Of a stretch of 6,355 bases of DNA, positions 5,336 through 6,355 are shown one piece after another. The notes beneath the pieces are model-generated. The model ran no database searches, was not told the origin of the DNA, and worked only from the letters and a program-made list of their open reading frames with translations. Source of the DNA: a virus (lineage: Duplodnaviria > Heunggongvirae > Uroviricota > Caudoviricetes); IMG/VR virus record IMGVR_UViG_2684622670_000003, positions 1 to 6,355 of that record; one strand, written 5' to 3'. Within the stretch, counting starts at the first letter, position 1. The number at the start of each line of letters is the position of its first letter. Position numbers and translations under genes: made by a program.

Positions 5336-6164
5336 GGTTTACCCCCTTGCTGACTGGTTTAACCTGCGCCCTGACGTGATTTACGTGACGGGCGAATTTC
5401 TGCTCCCACTGAATCTGCGTAAACACTTTCCCCTCCGCTGTCCAGTAGTCCCGGAAGGCGGCAAGTTCAGCAGGTGTAAATTCTGTCTCCGGCAAAGCCA
5501 TCCCCCACAACGCAGCCCGTCGTCGAAAATCCCGTGACGGATACCAGCTATCGGTCATCGGAAATTTTCCGATGGGTTCGCTCAGACCATCCAGGAATAC
5601 AGGGGGTACAGCCTGTAACGACAAAACTTCCCGCTCACTGGTCGGAGCACTCTCGCGTGCGTTATGTGTGGGGTTTAGATCTTTGGGTTCCTTTGGGTTC
5701 CGTGATCCGTTTTTGGGTGTCTTTGATGGAAAATTTGGGTGTCTTTGGTTATTTTCCATGCAGCTAAGAGATCCGTTTTTGGGTCTGTTTTGTGCTGAAA
5801 CATAACCATTTTCGGTACTGTTTTTATTAACAGCACCAATTTTACTCACCTTTAAAGACTCCCGTTTTTGGGTGTATTCAGGCTCGGCAACGCTTTCTTC
5901 TACACCGATAAGTCGGTACACCACAATTTGCTTTGTTCTGCCTTTTCTCTCACCGGTATCAACAATTAACCCAATCTCCATCAGGTGTCGTAAGCTGTCC
6001 TGCACAGTCTTTTTGTTCAGTTCCGTTACTTCTGCCAGTGCAGATACAGACGGGTATGCACACAAATCGGCACCGCACATATCAGCAAGCCAGGTCAATA
6101 CAGACTTACTGGATGAACTGCCGGTTTTCACCTTTTTAGCCCATCGTAGTGCATCGATACTCAT
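5124..6164 (-). CDS. phage replication initiator, O-like (N-terminal HTH DNA-binding domain, iteron-encoding linker, C-terminal DnaT/replisome-organiser-like domain)
   Basis: ORF track 5124..6239 begins with TTG; I trimmed it to ATG at 6164, which has GGGG 5 nt upstream. The N-terminus MSIDALRWAKKVKTGSSSSKSVLTWLADMCGADLCAYPSVSALAEVTELNKKTVQDSLRHLMEIGLIVD is HTH-like. The linker is rich in PKNG repeats encoded by the iterons. The C-terminal segment TPAELAAFRDYWTAEGKVFTQIQWEQKFARHV is typical of phage O/DnaT-like replication proteins. It is followed by a P-like gene. Confidence 0.65.
   Translation of the reverse strand: MSIDALRWAKKVKTGSSSSKSVLTWLADMCGADLCAYPSVSALAEVTELNKKTVQDSLRHLMEIGLIVDTGERKGRTKQIVVYRLIGVEESVAEPEYTQKRESLKVSKIGAVNKNSTENGYVSAQNRPKNGSLSCMENNQRHPNFPSKTPKNGSRNPKEPKDLNPTHNARESAPTSEREVLSLQAVPPVFLDGLSEPIGKFPMTDSWYPSRDFRRRAALWGMALPETEFTPAELAAFRDYWTAEGKVFTQIQWEQKFARHVNHVRAQVKPVSKGVNHAAAPGGTASRAVQEIRAAREQWERENGFISDGNGLEAVGTHGGGLFEPLDPEERGRTFEALDCTDWRDD
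5681..5880. repeat. Iteron-like direct repeats inside the O-like gene (putative prophage origin of replication)
   Basis: Plus-strand copies: GATCCGTTTTTGGGTGTCTTTG (5704..5725), AAAATTTGGGTGTCTTTGG (5730..5748), GATCCGTTTTTGGGTCTGTTTTG (5769..5791), CTCCCGTTTTTGGGTGTATTC (5859..5879), plus tandem CTTTGGGTTC x2 (5681..5700). An AT-richer stretch (about 5800..5860) lies between copies 3 and 4. Lambda ori likewise sits inside gene O. Confidence 0.5.
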
Positions 6165-6355
6165 ACGAACCCCTGGCAGACATTTGTTTATCTGCAAAGT
6201 AATATTGATATTGCTGACGATACGCATGCTTGAAAGCAATAGCTTTTTCTATAAGCTCGTCAGTCTCACGTTCCACAACAGATGGATCCGCAAAAAGCAG
6301 CCCGGACTCCACCACATCGCCATATTCTTTGTTTAACCCGGCGATCATGTACGTA
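6136..6355 (-). CDS. hypothetical protein, C-terminal part (frame open to the right edge of the window)
   Basis: ORF track 6136..6348 (70 aa from an internal ATG), but the frame stays open to position 6355, so the true start is probably outside the window. The stop overlaps the O-like start by about 29 nt. Sequence ...MIAGLNKEYGDVVESGLLFADPSVVERETDELIEKAIAFKHAYRQQYQYYFADKQMSARGSYEYRCTTMG does not resemble lambda cII as I remember it. Confidence 0.4.
   Translation of the reverse strand, partial: TYMIAGLNKEYGDVVESGLLFADPSVVERETDELIEKAIAFKHAYRQQYQYYFADKQMSARGSYEYRCTTMG

Noticed and set aside
5681-5880. Direct repeats as a CRISPR array or mobile-element terminal repeats
   Set aside because: The repeats are imperfect, irregularly spaced and lie inside a coding sequence in frame with a repetitive peptide linker. 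This is the iteron pattern of a phage origin, not CRISPR or IS architecture.
337-6336. All plus-strand ORFs in the track (337..606, 1897..2106, 2963..3295, 3596..3838, 3622..3978, 3729..4025, 3854..4054, 4398..4901, 4525..4797, 4804..5214, 4898..5248, 4959..5201, 5334..5537, 5534..5767, 5572..5805, 5872..6336, 5933..6139)
   Set aside because: Each lies antisense to a better-supported minus-strand gene with SD sequences and coupled starts. Their translations are low-complexity or Ser/Pro/Arg-rich, as expected from reading the wrong strand of GC-rich coding DNA. None has a convincing ribosome-binding site.

Overview
This 6.4-kb window reads as one long minus-strand transcription unit from a lambdoid (lambda-like) prophage of an enterobacterium; the codon usage is E. 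coli-like and one gene encodes a protein I recognise as the Hok-family toxin HokD/RelF. From right to left it holds: the 3' end of an upstream gene; a replication-initiator O-like gene with iteron-like direct repeats inside it (putative ori); a replication protein P-like gene; a compact accessory block of six small genes of unknown function (256, 140, 118, 60, 58 and 171 aa); an AT-rich non-coding stretch with a candidate 29-aa hydrophobic mini-ORF; a stand-alone hok-family type I toxin gene with its own putative promoter, leader hairpin and intrinsic terminator; an 85-aa gene; a 92-aa gene; and the start of a Cys/His-rich gene that runs off the left edge. The 60- and 58-aa proteins are extremely acidic and translationally coupled, and the 58-aa ORF is absent from the supplied ORF track. 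No plus-strand gene is supported, and I saw no tRNA, rRNA, CRISPR array or IS element. The most promising leads for something undescribed are the stand-alone hok locus with its neighbouring mini-ORF, and the acidic-protein operon. All names come from reading the sequence and from memory of protein families; no database search was possible, and start codons are chosen by ribosome-binding-site inspection only.
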